Below are positions 42,067-52,634 of a stretch of 64,000 nt of DNA, one piece after another (within the stretch, counting starts at the first letter, position 1; each line of letters begins with the position of its first letter). The DNA is from Thermodesulfobacteriota bacterium. Lineage in GTDB: Bacteria > Desulfobacterota > Desulfarculia > JACQYL01. Location of the stretch: NCBI GenBank assembly GCA_963675595.2, contig CAXXLZ010000001.1:704001-768000 (forward strand). The letters are read 5' to 3'. Below the pieces are notes generated by a model that was not told the origin of the DNA, made no database searches, and worked only from the letters and a program-made list of their open reading frames with translations. The position numbers and the translations under genes are program-made.

Positions 42067-42729
42067 ATGGGAATGCAGGAACGTCAGCAGTACGTGGTGG
42101 ACTATCTATCAGCCAATGAGTCGTGGCGTGTATTTCGGATCCTATCGGAACTGGTGGAAGGAATCGAGACTCTGAGTGAGTTGGGTCCTGCAGTGACCAT
42201 ATTCGGCTCCGCGAGAGCGTCATCGGATTCGGTCATATACAGGAGAGCCGAGGAGATTGCGCGCCTTCTGGCCAAAGAGGGGTTCGCCGTCATTTCAGGC
42301 GGAGGCGGGGGCGTTATGGAGGCCGCCAACAAGGGAGCGACCGAGGCGGGAGGCCGGTCCGTCGGACTGAATATTGAACTTCCCCTCGAACAGGAAGCCA
42401 ATCCATACTCGAACATCCAGGTGAGTTTTCGCTACTTTTTCGTCAGAAAGCTTATGCTCGTCAAATACGCTATGGCGTATGTAATCCTGCCCGGCGGTTT
42501 CGGAACGTTGGACGAGCTATTCGAAGCGGTGACCCTGATCCAAACCAAACGTGCGAAACCGTTCCCGTTGATTCTTGTAGACAGCGATTACTGGAGCGGA
42601 CTTCTTGATTGGATTCGTCGGCGGTTGCTGGATGAAGGAAGAATCTCGCGCGAAGACCTTGACATCATCGAAGTTCTCGACGACCCTCATGAAGTGGTTC
42701 ACAGGATCAAGAAGCAGGTGATCTTCTAG
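42067..42729 (+). CDS. LOG family protein (TIGR00730-type Rossmann fold)
   Basis: IFGSAR, GGGGGVMEAANKG, FFVRK, PGGFGTLDE. Confidence 0.93.
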   Translation: MGMQERQQYVVDYLSANESWRVFRILSELVEGIETLSELGPAVTIFGSARASSDSVIYRRAEEIARLLAKEGFAVISGGGGGVMEAANKGATEAGGRSVGLNIELPLEQEANPYSNIQVSFRYFFVRKLMLVKYAMAYVILPGGFGTLDELFEAVTLIQTKRAKPFPLILVDSDYWSGLLDWIRRRLLDEGRISREDLDIIEVLDDPHEVVHRIKKQVIF

Positions 42730-42878
42730 TTTCGAGGATGGGTGAGTGTCGCGATTCGATTGCCGATCGGCATCCGCCGTTGGAGGCGTCCGAAGACGTG
42801 AGTTCGCCAAATGCTGGACAACGGCCTGAGACTATGCCATTTTATTGATAATTCGGTGTAATCGCGAGAAATACTTTT

Positions 42879-43646
42879 ATGAATTCTGCTGAAGAGATCA
42901 GACGTTGCATGGAACCGGCCGCTTCTCGTGCGGCCGCTTTGGATGCGCTTTATGCGTCATTGCCCGATACGAACTGCTTGTGTGATTCACCGGGAGTTTG
43001 CTGTACTTTTTTGCCGGAGATGACCGCCCTCGAAGCCTTCCGATGGCTTAAAAGGATATATGACTTGGGGCCGGAAGCGGGAACGGAGGCGACGAAGCGT
43101 TTCGTGGAGTTCTATCTTACGAGCCTGGCACGCCTCGGGCATTGTCCCTTCCTGGACGGAGGGAGATGTACCGCATACGATATTCGGACGTTCGCGTGCA
43201 GGGCGTACGGTCTCTGGAGTCCGAAACTGGGAGAGGAGCGCACCGAGAAGAGCAGGGATGATAAGCGCGCATTTCGGCGTATGTGGAAGAAATTCGGTCT
43301 CGAAGTGCCCAAGGAAGTGGTCGAATTCGAGATCGATTACTGCTCAGAGGTGAGTCACGAACCGGGTAAGAGGGTGAACGACGATTTGCTCATGGATGTT
43401 CTGGGGAAGGTTTACCGGTTGAGCCGATCCATGGGTGATTTCCAAAGCCGGTTCGAAGAAGACTATCACTCCGATTTCAGCTTTCTGGTATCGAGTTTGG
43501 CATTGGGCAAACGTGAAGCTCTGATGGCTAAGATGTTGATCACCAAGGAGATTCTGGATGCGGGTACCGACCGCAACCTGCGCAGGACTCTGGAAATGAT
43601 CTCGCCGGAGAAGTTGGGAATGCGTATGCGGGAGAGCGAGCCGTGA
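42879..43646 (+). CDS. YkgJ-family cysteine cluster protein
   Basis: CLC...CC, CPFL..GRCTAY..RTFACR.YG. Confidence 0.8.
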   Translation: MNSAEEIRRCMEPAASRAAALDALYASLPDTNCLCDSPGVCCTFLPEMTALEAFRWLKRIYDLGPEAGTEATKRFVEFYLTSLARLGHCPFLDGGRCTAYDIRTFACRAYGLWSPKLGEERTEKSRDDKRAFRRMWKKFGLEVPKEVVEFEIDYCSEVSHEPGKRVNDDLLMDVLGKVYRLSRSMGDFQSRFEEDYHSDFSFLVSSLALGKREALMAKMLITKEILDAGTDRNLRRTLEMISPEKLGMRMRESEP

Positions 43647-43695
43647 TGGAACGGTGCCGCCTCTCGAAAACCACAATGAGTGTGAGGTAGCGCAT

Positions 43696-44007
43696 ATGTT
43701 CGGCTTGGGTGCCCTGGAAATCGCCATCATTGCCGTGATCATTCTGTTTATTTTCGGCGCGAAAAGAATTCCGGACATCGGTGAGGGGCTGGGTAAGGCT
43801 ATCCGTGAGTTCAGAAACGTGAAGAAGGAATTCGCCAAGGAAGAGTCGGCCGAGAAATCCCAAAAGGGCGAGACGGGTGAGCCTTCGGCGCTTGAACGCA
43901 AAATTGCGGGAAAGGTGGCCGAGGGTGTGTCCAACCGGATTCCCGCAGTGAAACAGGCGAAAAAGATCAAAGAAGGAGCGGACAAGGTCAAGAACCTGCT
44001 GTCGTGA
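43696..44007 (+). CDS. tatA: Twin-arginine translocase TatA/E subunit
   Basis: MFGLG..EI...FIFGAKRIPDIGEGLGKAIREF. Confidence 0.9.
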   Translation: MFGLGALEIAIIAVIILFIFGAKRIPDIGEGLGKAIREFRNVKKEFAKEESAEKSQKGETGEPSALERKIAGKVAEGVSNRIPAVKQAKKIKEGADKVKNLLS

Positions 44008-44196
44008 TGCCTTTTGGGCGTCGGAGATAAGGGGAGCCGGCCCCCCGTAACCTCCTCGGTCCGGACAACCTTGACCCGGCGGACGTTGGGACGGGAAGAA
44101 CCCTGTATCACGGGCCGTTCCCCGGGTCCGGATGTCCCAGGAACCGATCCTGATGGTGCAAGACTCGTCTGGAAAGATTCTCAAAAAAACGCAGCC

Positions 44197-45315
44197 ATGA
44201 CCCAACCTTTTTCCGTCGACGAAAGCGTCCGCCCGGACGCGTTTCGCGCCTCTCTCCTCAAATGGTACGCGGCCAACCGGCGGTGTCTACCCTGGCGAGC
44301 CCACCGTGATCCGTATGCGGTGTGGGTTTCCGAGGTGCTGCTCCAACAGACCCGTGTCGACCAGGCGGAGTCGTACTTCCACCGCTTCCTGACCGCGTTC
44401 CCCTCCTTGTTCGCTCTCTCCGAGGCTCGGCAGTCCGAAGTGCTGAAAATATGTGAAGGAATGGGATATTACGCCCGGGCACGCAATCTCCACCAAGCCG
44501 CAAAAGTGGTGCGGGAACGCTATCAAGGCGTTGTTCCCGATCGCCTGGAAGACCTTCTCTCCCTACCGGGTGTCGGACCCTATACCGCCCGAGCCATATT
44601 GAGCATCGCTTTCGGCCTGAAACACGCGGTGGTGGACGGCAACGTCAAGAGGGTCTTATCGCGTGTCTTCAACCTGGATGGAGAAATCGGGTCCGGCGAC
44701 CATGAAAAGGCTCTCTGGAATCTGGCGGAGTCACTGGTCGATTCCGGCGACCCCGGCGGGTACAATCAGGCCCTCATGGATTTCGGCTCCCTGGTATGCA
44801 GGCCCGGAAAGCCTAAATGCCCGGAGTGCCCTTTGCAGTCCGTGTGTCTGGCCAGGAAGGCGGGCAAAGAGAATATCCTGCCGCGGAAGAAAGTAAAGCC
44901 CCAAAGACCCCATTACGACGTATCGGCGGGCATCATCATGGGAGACGACCATGTGTTGATCACCAAACGTTTTCCTCAGGGGTTGCTGGGAGGCCTGTGG
45001 GAGTTTCCCGGTGGCAAGAAGGAGGCTTCCGATGAAAGCATGGAGGCTTGTCTGACGCGGGAGATTGACGAGGAACTCGCCATACGAATTCGTGTGGGGC
45101 CTCTTTTCATGAAGGTCCGGCATGCCTACACTCACTTCCGCATCACCTTGCATGCCTTTCTTTGCAGGCACACCGGAGGCGAACCGCAGACCATAGGTTG
45201 CGCGGACTACAGATGGGTCGAGGTGTCCGAGATTCGCGACTATCCTTTTCCCAAGGCCGACAGGAAAATCCTGGAAACTCTGGAAACGGTGAATCCGTTT
45301 CGAATGATGCCCTGA
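44197..45315 (+). CDS. mutY: A/G-specific adenine glycosylase
   Basis: LPWR, VWVSEVLLQQT, GYYARARNL, LPGVGPYTA, VDGNV, 4Fe-4S Cys motif, NUDIX-like C-terminus. Confidence 0.96.
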   Translation: MTQPFSVDESVRPDAFRASLLKWYAANRRCLPWRAHRDPYAVWVSEVLLQQTRVDQAESYFHRFLTAFPSLFALSEARQSEVLKICEGMGYYARARNLHQAAKVVRERYQGVVPDRLEDLLSLPGVGPYTARAILSIAFGLKHAVVDGNVKRVLSRVFNLDGEIGSGDHEKALWNLAESLVDSGDPGGYNQALMDFGSLVCRPGKPKCPECPLQSVCLARKAGKENILPRKKVKPQRPHYDVSAGIIMGDDHVLITKRFPQGLLGGLWEFPGGKKEASDESMEACLTREIDEELAIRIRVGPLFMKVRHAYTHFRITLHAFLCRHTGGEPQTIGCADYRWVEVSEIRDYPFPKADRKILETLETVNPFRMMP

Positions 45316-45367
45316 TCGGTTGCCGTCGACGAGCGACGCCGCTTACGCCGTTTGAGAAGATCGGGAC

Positions 45368-45404
45368 AAAAAAGCCGGCCCACCGTTATTCGGTGGGCCG
45401 GCTT
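45368..45404 (-). terminator. Terminator between convergent mutY and the rnfB fusion
   Basis: AAGCCGGCCCACCG/CGGTGGGCCGGCTT with a T-run on the minus strand. Confidence 0.8.
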
Positions 45405-45429
45405 GGATGATCAACGGGTGTGCGCGGGC

Positions 45430-47529
45430 TCAGGCTGCGGAGTCATCTCTGCGGTAGCAGATCAGGCCGCAATCCAGGCATCTCGCCGCTTCGGCTTTTG
45501 CCATTTCTTGAGTCAATCCCAATTCTTCCTCAGTGAATCGGTGCACTTCATCGCCCAATTCAACGGATTCCGGCTGCCGGCGAGGAGCCGGGGAAATGCC
45601 GGAGACTTGGTCTACGTTGAGGAGACACGAGTCGGGTCGGATCATGCGCTCGGGCAAGGTCACCGGCTGTCCCTTCAGGGATTGATGTACCGACCGAGCC
45701 AGCCTTCTTCCCGCGCCGATGGCTTCCACTGCGGCTTTGTAGTCGCTTACGGTGGAAGAGGGATCGAAGAGGCCGATCTGCCCGGAGGGAGAAGGTTGTT
45801 TGTAGGCATCGACGGTACGCCACTGGAGCGGACCGGAGGTTTCTTCCTCGGATTCCGCATCCCCTTGCTCCGAAGCGACAGGTACGAAAATCAGCTCGGG
45901 ATATCGGACGAGTGAGGTGATGACCCAGTCCACTTGGAGTATCTTTTCCGATTCGGGGATGAGGCAGGGACGGGCAAGTTCTCCGGCGGAGTCGGCAGCC
46001 GGTTCGGCATTCATGATTTCCAGGCCTGTGAGCCGGTCTTCCTCACCCAGCAAACCCGTGGGAACCGTACCGAACTCGAAGACCACGCCCTTGCCTTCGG
46101 CGGAGGCCACGTCAATTCCCGCACTCTGCATGGCTTCTCGTGTTTTGGCCGCAACCAGGGTGACCGCACGTTTTCCGTCGCCGCGCAGTTTTACCGCCAT
46201 GTCCACCGCGGCCTTGGAGTGTCCCACGACGGCAACGCTCTTCTTTTCCGGGACCAAGTTCTCACCCCGGGCCATGGCCATGGCCAAAGGCATCAACAAA
46301 AGGTTCCCGGGTATCGACACCTCGGGTTTTCCTTTTTCCCGGAGAATCATGCTGTCCCATCCACCCGCGGCCAGGGCCACCGCCTGGTAGCCTTCCTTGA
46401 ACAGGCCGGCGAGGCTGAAATCACGGCCCATGGTGACGCCGGTCCGAGCGGTGACGCCGGTCTCGAGGATGCCTTCGATCTCCCAGTCCAGGACTTTCAC
46501 GGGCAGTCGGTAATCCGCGATGACTTTTCGCAGGATTCCGCCCAGTTCCGATTGGGCTTCGAAAACCGTCGGGTGGTGACCCAGGCGAGCAAGAAAGTAA
46601 GCCGCGGTCAGACCTTCCACGCCGCCGCCGATAACGGCCGCCTTCTTTCCCGTGTCCGGAGCTTTGGGGGGCACAACACGGCTTCCCGACTGCATCTCGT
46701 AGTCTGCGGCGAAGCGTTTCAGATGATTGATATTGATCGGTTCATCGGCCATGCCGCGTCGGCATTCATATTCGCACGGATGAGGGCAGATTCGGCCGCA
46801 AACCAACGGAAACGGATTGCTCTGCTTAATAACTTCGACGGCCTTACCGTAGTCACCCTCGGCGATGGCGCGTATGTAGTCGGGAATGCGGATTTCGGCC
46901 GGGCAGGTGCGCTGGCAGGGGGCCGTGCATTCGTCGTCCTGGTAAAGATGCTCGATCTTTTCCGAGTTGGAGGACAAGCGGATGATGTGTTTGGGGCACA
47001 CGCGCTCGCAGGTACCGCATCCGGTGCAGAGATCGGCGTTTACCACCGGCAGACCGGAAGGAGACAAAGTCAGGGCTCCAAAAGGACAGGCCGCCACACA
47101 GGTCCCCAAACCTAGACACCCCACGGAACATTCTTTTGCTCCACCGCCGAGCAACATGGCGGCTCTGCAATCCATGACACCGCCGTAAGCGTACTTGAGG
47201 TCGGCCGCGTCCAAACCGTACTTGCATCCTGGTTGGGCGATTACGGGTTCGGTTTCGCCCACTTCCATGCCCAGAATGGCCGCAACTTTTACCGCGACGT
47301 CGGCGCCCCCCGCAACACAGGCGTTGGGGGCCAGTTTTCCGCTCACCATGGCAGCAGCAGCCGAGCTGCACCCGGCGCTTCCGCATCCGCCGCAGTTGGC
47401 TCCGGGAAGGCACTCTTCCACTTCAATGATTTTCGGGTCAACGTAGACATAGAATAACTTGGAAGCGATACCGAGACCCAATCCGGCCACCAGTCCCAGA
47501 CCGCCGATAGCTAAGGCCGCTGACAACAT
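45430..47529 (-). CDS. RnfB-like polyferredoxin fused to a GltD/NfnB-like FAD oxidoreductase
   Basis: TM anchor, LPGANCGGCG..GC, GCLGLGTCVAACP, CTGCGTCERVCP; then PCQRTCP, CGRICPHPCEYECRR, GGGVEG, EAARCLDCG. Confidence 0.9.
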   Translation of the reverse strand: MLSAALAIGGLGLVAGLGLGIASKLFYVYVDPKIIEVEECLPGANCGGCGSAGCSSAAAAMVSGKLAPNACVAGGADVAVKVAAILGMEVGETEPVIAQPGCKYGLDAADLKYAYGGVMDCRAAMLLGGGAKECSVGCLGLGTCVAACPFGALTLSPSGLPVVNADLCTGCGTCERVCPKHIIRLSSNSEKIEHLYQDDECTAPCQRTCPAEIRIPDYIRAIAEGDYGKAVEVIKQSNPFPLVCGRICPHPCEYECRRGMADEPININHLKRFAADYEMQSGSRVVPPKAPDTGKKAAVIGGGVEGLTAAYFLARLGHHPTVFEAQSELGGILRKVIADYRLPVKVLDWEIEGILETGVTARTGVTMGRDFSLAGLFKEGYQAVALAAGGWDSMILREKGKPEVSIPGNLLLMPLAMAMARGENLVPEKKSVAVVGHSKAAVDMAVKLRGDGKRAVTLVAAKTREAMQSAGIDVASAEGKGVVFEFGTVPTGLLGEEDRLTGLEIMNAEPAADSAGELARPCLIPESEKILQVDWVITSLVRYPELIFVPVASEQGDAESEEETSGPLQWRTVDAYKQPSPSGQIGLFDPSSTVSDYKAAVEAIGAGRRLARSVHQSLKGQPVTLPERMIRPDSCLLNVDQVSGISPAPRRQPESVELGDEVHRFTEEELGLTQEMAKAEAARCLDCGLICYRRDDSAA

Positions 47530-47881
47530 AGAATTTCTCCTTTGAGGGGACACAATGGTACGGTGCCTAAAGGCAACGTCGAATTATACACAAATAAATC
47601 CTGAGAGCAAATTCTTTGTGAAAAATGACTCATAATATAGGTTCCTCCTCGCCTCCGAAATGGAGCCGATCCCGGGAAGCGCTCGAACCGGCAAGAGCTG
47701 TGCGAGCAGCGCATTCAATCGCGTCCCGAAAAAAATCATTTCTTGTCCCGGAACGGAAGTCAATAATTGTATTGATATTCTGATACTAGGTAAGTTATAT
47801 TTCCTGATTCATTGTTTCATGGATTTTTCCAGGCGTCCGACTGCGGCGTCTGTTCATTCAGATCTCAAGGAGGGACCAGCA

Positions 47882-48073
47882 GTGAGCCGAGTCTGCGAAA
47901 TTTGCGGGAAAAAACCCGAGGTGGGCAACAACGTCAGCCACGCCAACAACAAAACGAAGACCCGTTGGCTTCCCAATCTCCAGAAGGTCCGCGCCAACGT
48001 CAACGGAACCAACCGACGCGTCACCGTGTGCACTCGTTGTCTCAGGTCCGGAGAATTGGTCAAACCCTCCTGA
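47882..48073 (+). CDS. rpmB: 50S ribosomal protein L28
   Basis: GTG start after AAGGAGG; SRVCEICGK...[19 protein letters not shown]...CTRCLRSG. Confidence 0.96.
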   Translation: MSRVCEICGKKPEVGNNVSHANNKTKTRWLPNLQKVRANVNGTNRRVTVCTRCLRSGELVKPS

Positions 48074-48632
48074 AGCTCTTTTCCGGTCTCATCGAACGTC
48101 ACCGTCCGCCAAGTGCGGCGTGCCCGCCTACGAGGCGGCCCCGATTCAATGAGTTCGGTGGACGGTGGGACCTATTCCTGCAGACCGGACGCGGAGGTTC
48201 GCCAAAGGGGGGGCCTTCTCCCCGGTAGCCTGCTGAATGGCTGATCGCCGTCGGGAGTGGGGCGGCGATCCCGTGCGTCCAACCTCCCATCCTCGACCCG
48301 GACTCCCCGGAACGCGCCGATATGCTTTTCGGGTCGGTTCCGTCCCCTCCGACAACACCTATCGCACCTTCCCGGCAAGCCTCCTCTTACGGGCACCCGG
48401 CAACCCATATCGGTTTTCTCGATTCGGTACGAACGTCCGAACGGTCATCACGGAGCCGTGGCGACCGTTGATTCCCATTCTCCAATCATGCCGATGATCC
48501 TTCAGGCAGGTTCCTTTGAAAAAAGGCTTGGGTCGGTCCGCGAGTTTCAAGAAGGGAGAGGGGCACCCGTTTCGAAACGGCTGGAATCGTGGTCGATGAA
48601 GAGTCGCTCGACCACGCGCGTTCGAGGACGGC

Positions 48633-50774
48633 CTAATGAAGGCGGGTCACCTGCATGACTTCCTTGACTTTCTTAAGAGCAGTGATCAGTCGATCCAGTT
48701 GCTTTTTGTCCCGGACCTCAACGGTGAAGTCGCAAAGAGCCTTCTTATCCGCCGTGGTGTCAATGCTGACACGGGTGATGTTGGCTTCGTTCTTGGCGAA
48801 GACGTTGCTGATGATGCCGAGGAGGCCTTGGCGGTCATCCGCTATCAGTTCCAAACGAACGGGATGGAGAGATTGGTCGGCCGCCGTATCCCATCGGACT
48901 TCAACCCATCGCTCGGTGTCCGAGTTGAGGAGGTGAGGACAATCCGCTCGATGGACCGTAACTCCTCGGCCGCGAGTGATGAATCCTGTAATGGGATCAC
49001 CGGGCAGCGGCGTGCAGCATTTGGCCATTCGGATGAGCACATCCTGTATTCCCTTGACCAGGATTCCTCCGTCATCGCGGTGCTTGAGCTTCCGGATGGT
49101 CCGTTCGAACAGGGTCTCCTTGCTCTCTTCCTCGGTCTCTCGAGGGAGGAGCTTGTTGATCAACTGTCGGGGTGACACCTTTCCATAACCCAGGGCGGCA
49201 TAAAGGTCCTCCAGAGTCTTGAGGGAGAACTCCTCCGCCATGGGTTGCAGTTTGCCTTCTTTGAGGACTCTGGAGAGTGAGGTCTGTTTTTTTCTCAGCT
49301 CCTTGTCCAAGATGTCTTTGCCCAGACTTACGCTCCGAACCCGTTCTTCGTCCCGCACCCAGCGCCGAATCTTGGCTCGTGCCTTCGGAGTCTTGGCGAT
49401 CTTGAGCCAGTCTTTGCTGGGAGTGGCTTTGGGGTTGGTCAGGATTTCGATGATATCCCCGTTTTTGAGTTGGGATTTCAAGGGAACCAGCTTTCCATTG
49501 ACCTTGGCCCCCACGCAGGTATTCCCGATATCCGTATGAATCTTGTACGCGAAATCCAGGGGGGTGGCGTCACCCGGCATTTCGACCACCTGGCCGTTGG
49601 GAGTGAAAACGTAGACTTCGTCCTGGTAAAGGTCCATCCGGAGGCTTTCCAGGAACTCGCCGGGATGTTCCATGTCCCGTTGCCAGTCCAGAAGTGAACG
49701 AAGCCAAGCGAATCGTTCACCTTCTTCCTGTTCCGGGCCGCCGCCCTCTTTGTACTTCCAGTGGGCGGCGATGCCTTCTTCAGCGATCAAGTGCATCTCT
49801 TGGGTGCGAATTTGAATCTCCATACGCTGACCGTAGGGACCGACCACGGTAGTATGTAGAGATTGGTAGCGGTTGGCTTTGGGGACCGCCACATAGTCTT
49901 TGAAACGGCCGGGAATGGGCTTCCAAAGGGAATGGATCATACCCAGGGTCTGATAGCAGCTCCGGATGTTGTCGACCACGATACGGAATGCGATCAGGTC
50001 GAACACTTGATTGATGTTGATGTTCTGCGCGAGCATCTTTCGATAGATGCTGTAAATGTGCTTGACCCGTCCCTGCACTTCTCCTTCTATTTTGTTTTCC
50101 GTCAACTTGCTGGTGATGATTGACTTGATATCTTCAATGATCTTTCTTTGTTCAGCTTCCTGCTGTGCGATGCCCTGCCGAATCTGACGGTAGGTGTCGG
50201 TTTCGAGATAGTAGAAAGCTAGATCTTCGAGCTGAGATTTCTTGTTACCCAAGCCGAGCCTGCCGGCCAACGGCGCGTAGATATCCAGGGTTTCCCGTGC
50301 GATTTCTCTCTGCTTCGTCTCGGCCAGATAGCCCAGGGTTCGCATGTTGTGAAGGCGGTCCCCGATCTTCACGAGGAGGACTCGGATGTCGGTTGCCATG
50401 GCGACGATCATTTTGCGGATGGTCTCACCGGCTCGTTCTTCCCGGTTGGCGAACCGAAGCTGAGTGATCTTGGTGACTCCGTCCACGATGGCGGCCACTT
50501 CGGGTCCCAGAACCTCCTGGATGTCCTCCAGAGTGGCTTTGGTGTCTTCCACCACGTCGTGCATGAGACCGGCGGCGATACACACCACGTCCAACTTCAT
50601 TTCGGCCAAAATGTGAGCCACTTCCAGGGGGTGGGAGAGATAGGGCTCTCCGCTCAACCTGAGTTGCCCGTCATGTACCTTGGCCGAAAATACATAGGCC
50701 TTCTGGATGAGGGAAACATCGGCTTTTGGGTTGTAGGAGAGCACCAGCTCGATAATGTCGTTCAGGCGAACCAT
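48633..50774 (-). CDS. rel: Bifunctional (p)ppGpp synthetase/hydrolase, RelA/SpoT family
   Basis: HD domain (HDVVEDT, DRLHNMRT), RFKDY, YQSLHT, TGS, CC and ACT domains. Confidence 0.96.
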   Translation of the reverse strand: MVRLNDIIELVLSYNPKADVSLIQKAYVFSAKVHDGQLRLSGEPYLSHPLEVAHILAEMKLDVVCIAAGLMHDVVEDTKATLEDIQEVLGPEVAAIVDGVTKITQLRFANREERAGETIRKMIVAMATDIRVLLVKIGDRLHNMRTLGYLAETKQREIARETLDIYAPLAGRLGLGNKKSQLEDLAFYYLETDTYRQIRQGIAQQEAEQRKIIEDIKSIITSKLTENKIEGEVQGRVKHIYSIYRKMLAQNININQVFDLIAFRIVVDNIRSCYQTLGMIHSLWKPIPGRFKDYVAVPKANRYQSLHTTVVGPYGQRMEIQIRTQEMHLIAEEGIAAHWKYKEGGGPEQEEGERFAWLRSLLDWQRDMEHPGEFLESLRMDLYQDEVYVFTPNGQVVEMPGDATPLDFAYKIHTDIGNTCVGAKVNGKLVPLKSQLKNGDIIEILTNPKATPSKDWLKIAKTPKARAKIRRWVRDEERVRSVSLGKDILDKELRKKQTSLSRVLKEGKLQPMAEEFSLKTLEDLYAALGYGKVSPRQLINKLLPRETEEESKETLFERTIRKLKHRDDGGILVKGIQDVLIRMAKCCTPLPGDPITGFITRGRGVTVHRADCPHLLNSDTERWVEVRWDTAADQSLHPVRLELIADDRQGLLGIISNVFAKNEANITRVSIDTTADKKALCDFTVEVRDKKQLDRLITALKKVKEVMQVTRLH

Positions 50775-50776
50775 AT

Positions 50777-52501
50777 TCAGACTTTCAGGGCCTCCGAAAG
50801 CCGATCGGAAATCAGCGCCGCAGTCTCACTTACCGGAACGAGTTCCGTATCTCCCGTCTTCCTGAAGCGTACCTCGAGCACCCCGGCCTTCAAATTCTTG
50901 GGGCCGACGGTGACTCGTATGGGCACCCCGGTCAGATCCGCATCCTTGAATTTGACCCCTGGACGTTCGTCCCGGTCGTCCAACAAGGTTTCGATTCCCA
51001 GAGCGGTGAGATCGCGGTAAAGATTCTCGGAGGCCTGCACGACTTCGGTGTCTTTTGGGTGGATCGGCAGCAGGTAAACATGAAAGGGAGCGATGGGAAC
51101 CGGCCAGATGATTCCGCCCTCGTCATGGTTCTGCTCGATGGCGGCGGCGGCGGTACGCCCGACGCCGATTCCGTAACAGCCCATGATCATGAGTTTCTCG
51201 GCGCCGTCGGCATCCAGGAAGACCCCTCCCATGCTTTTTGAATATTTGGTGCCCAATTTGAAAACATGGCCCACCTCGATTCCGCGGTGAAACTGGAGTT
51301 CGCCGCCGCAACGGGGGCACAGGTCCCCTTGTCGGGCGTTCCTCAGGTCCAAATAGCGGGTGACATGGAAATCCCTTTCAGGGTCCGCTCCGGTCCAATG
51401 GAAGTCGGTTTCGTTCGCCCCGACGACACAGTCGGACATCCGGGCCACCGCGGTGTCGGCAATGACGGGTATCTTCAAGCCCACAGGGCCTGCGAATCCC
51501 ACCGGAGCTCCCGTTACGCGCTCAGTGACTTTGGGATCGGCCAACTCCACCTGTGCGGCGTCCAAGGAGTTGCGAATCTTCACTTCGTTGGCGTCGTGAT
51601 CGCCTCGCACCAGCACGGCCACGGGGCTGTCGTCGACCTGATAAATCAGTGTTTTGACCAGACGATCCGGCGTGATGCCGAGGAAGTTGGTGACTTGTTC
51701 CACAGTTTTCATCCCCGGCGTTGAAACCTTTTCCAGTGGCCGGGGCGCAGCTTCCGGGGCTTCCACCGAATCCTCTTCCGTTCCTTGGATTTCGGCCTTT
51801 TCGAGATTGGCGGCATAGTCGCACTGTGAGCAGCTGACCACCACGTCCTCGCCCGTATCCGCCAACACCATGAATTCGTGCGAGAAGCGGCCTCCTATGG
51901 CTCCCGTGTCGGCTTCCACGGCCCGAAAATCAAGGCCGCATCGAGTAAAGATTCTCGAATAGGCCTCCCTCATGGCCTCATAGCTTCTATTCGCCCCTTC
52001 CTGGTCCGCATCGAAGCTGTAAGCGTCCTTCATGATGAATTCACGGCCCCTCATCAGTCCGAAGCGGGGACGGATTTCGTCTCGAAATTTCGTCTGTATC
52101 TGATACAGGTTCACCGGGAGTTGGCGATAGGATCGAATCTCGTCTCTCACCAAAGCGGTGATCACTTCTTCGTGGGTCGGCCCGATACAGAATTCCCTAT
52201 CGTTTCGGTCCGTGAACCTTAGCAGTTCCTTACCGTACTCCTCCCAGCGGCCGCTTTCCTTCCAGAGCTCGGCGGGTTGCACTGCGGGCAGCAACAGCTC
52301 TTGGGCGCCGGCCCGGTTCATCTCTTCCCGGATGATGTTCTCTATTTTGCGAATGACCCTGAGCCCCAAAGGCAAGTAGGAGTATACGCCGGCGGCGACC
52401 CGCCGGATCATGCCCGCCCTGAGCATCAACTGGTGACTGACGACTTCCGCATCGGAAGGGACTTCCCTCAATGTTGGAGCATGTAGCCTGGATAAACGCA
52501 T
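50777..52501 (-). CDS. proS: Proline--tRNA ligase
   Basis: [19 protein letters not shown] editing domain, MGCYGIG. Confidence 0.98.
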   Translation of the reverse strand: MRLSRLHAPTLREVPSDAEVVSHQLMLRAGMIRRVAAGVYSYLPLGLRVIRKIENIIREEMNRAGAQELLLPAVQPAELWKESGRWEEYGKELLRFTDRNDREFCIGPTHEEVITALVRDEIRSYRQLPVNLYQIQTKFRDEIRPRFGLMRGREFIMKDAYSFDADQEGANRSYEAMREAYSRIFTRCGLDFRAVEADTGAIGGRFSHEFMVLADTGEDVVVSCSQCDYAANLEKAEIQGTEEDSVEAPEAAPRPLEKVSTPGMKTVEQVTNFLGITPDRLVKTLIYQVDDSPVAVLVRGDHDANEVKIRNSLDAAQVELADPKVTERVTGAPVGFAGPVGLKIPVIADTAVARMSDCVVGANETDFHWTGADPERDFHVTRYLDLRNARQGDLCPRCGGELQFHRGIEVGHVFKLGTKYSKSMGGVFLDADGAEKLMIMGCYGIGVGRTAAAAIEQNHDEGGIIWPVPIAPFHVYLLPIHPKDTEVVQASENLYRDLTALGIETLLDDRDERPGVKFKDADLTGVPIRVTVGPKNLKAGVLEVRFRKTGDTELVPVSETAALISDRLSEALKV

Positions 52502-52634
52502 GATGATTTCCTCTTCGACTTGAAGAATCCGGCGAGACTAATATTCAGCACCGGTGCGGGAGAGTTGCGTATCGGCGAGCGCGCAACCCGACTCAGGAAT
52601 GGAGAAGGCGAATAGTCTTCTTAGTTGTCGGGAA

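Noticed and set aside
47616-47633. Rex operator upstream of the rnfB fusion
   Set aside because: Only the TTGTGAA half-site matches; the other half is poor.
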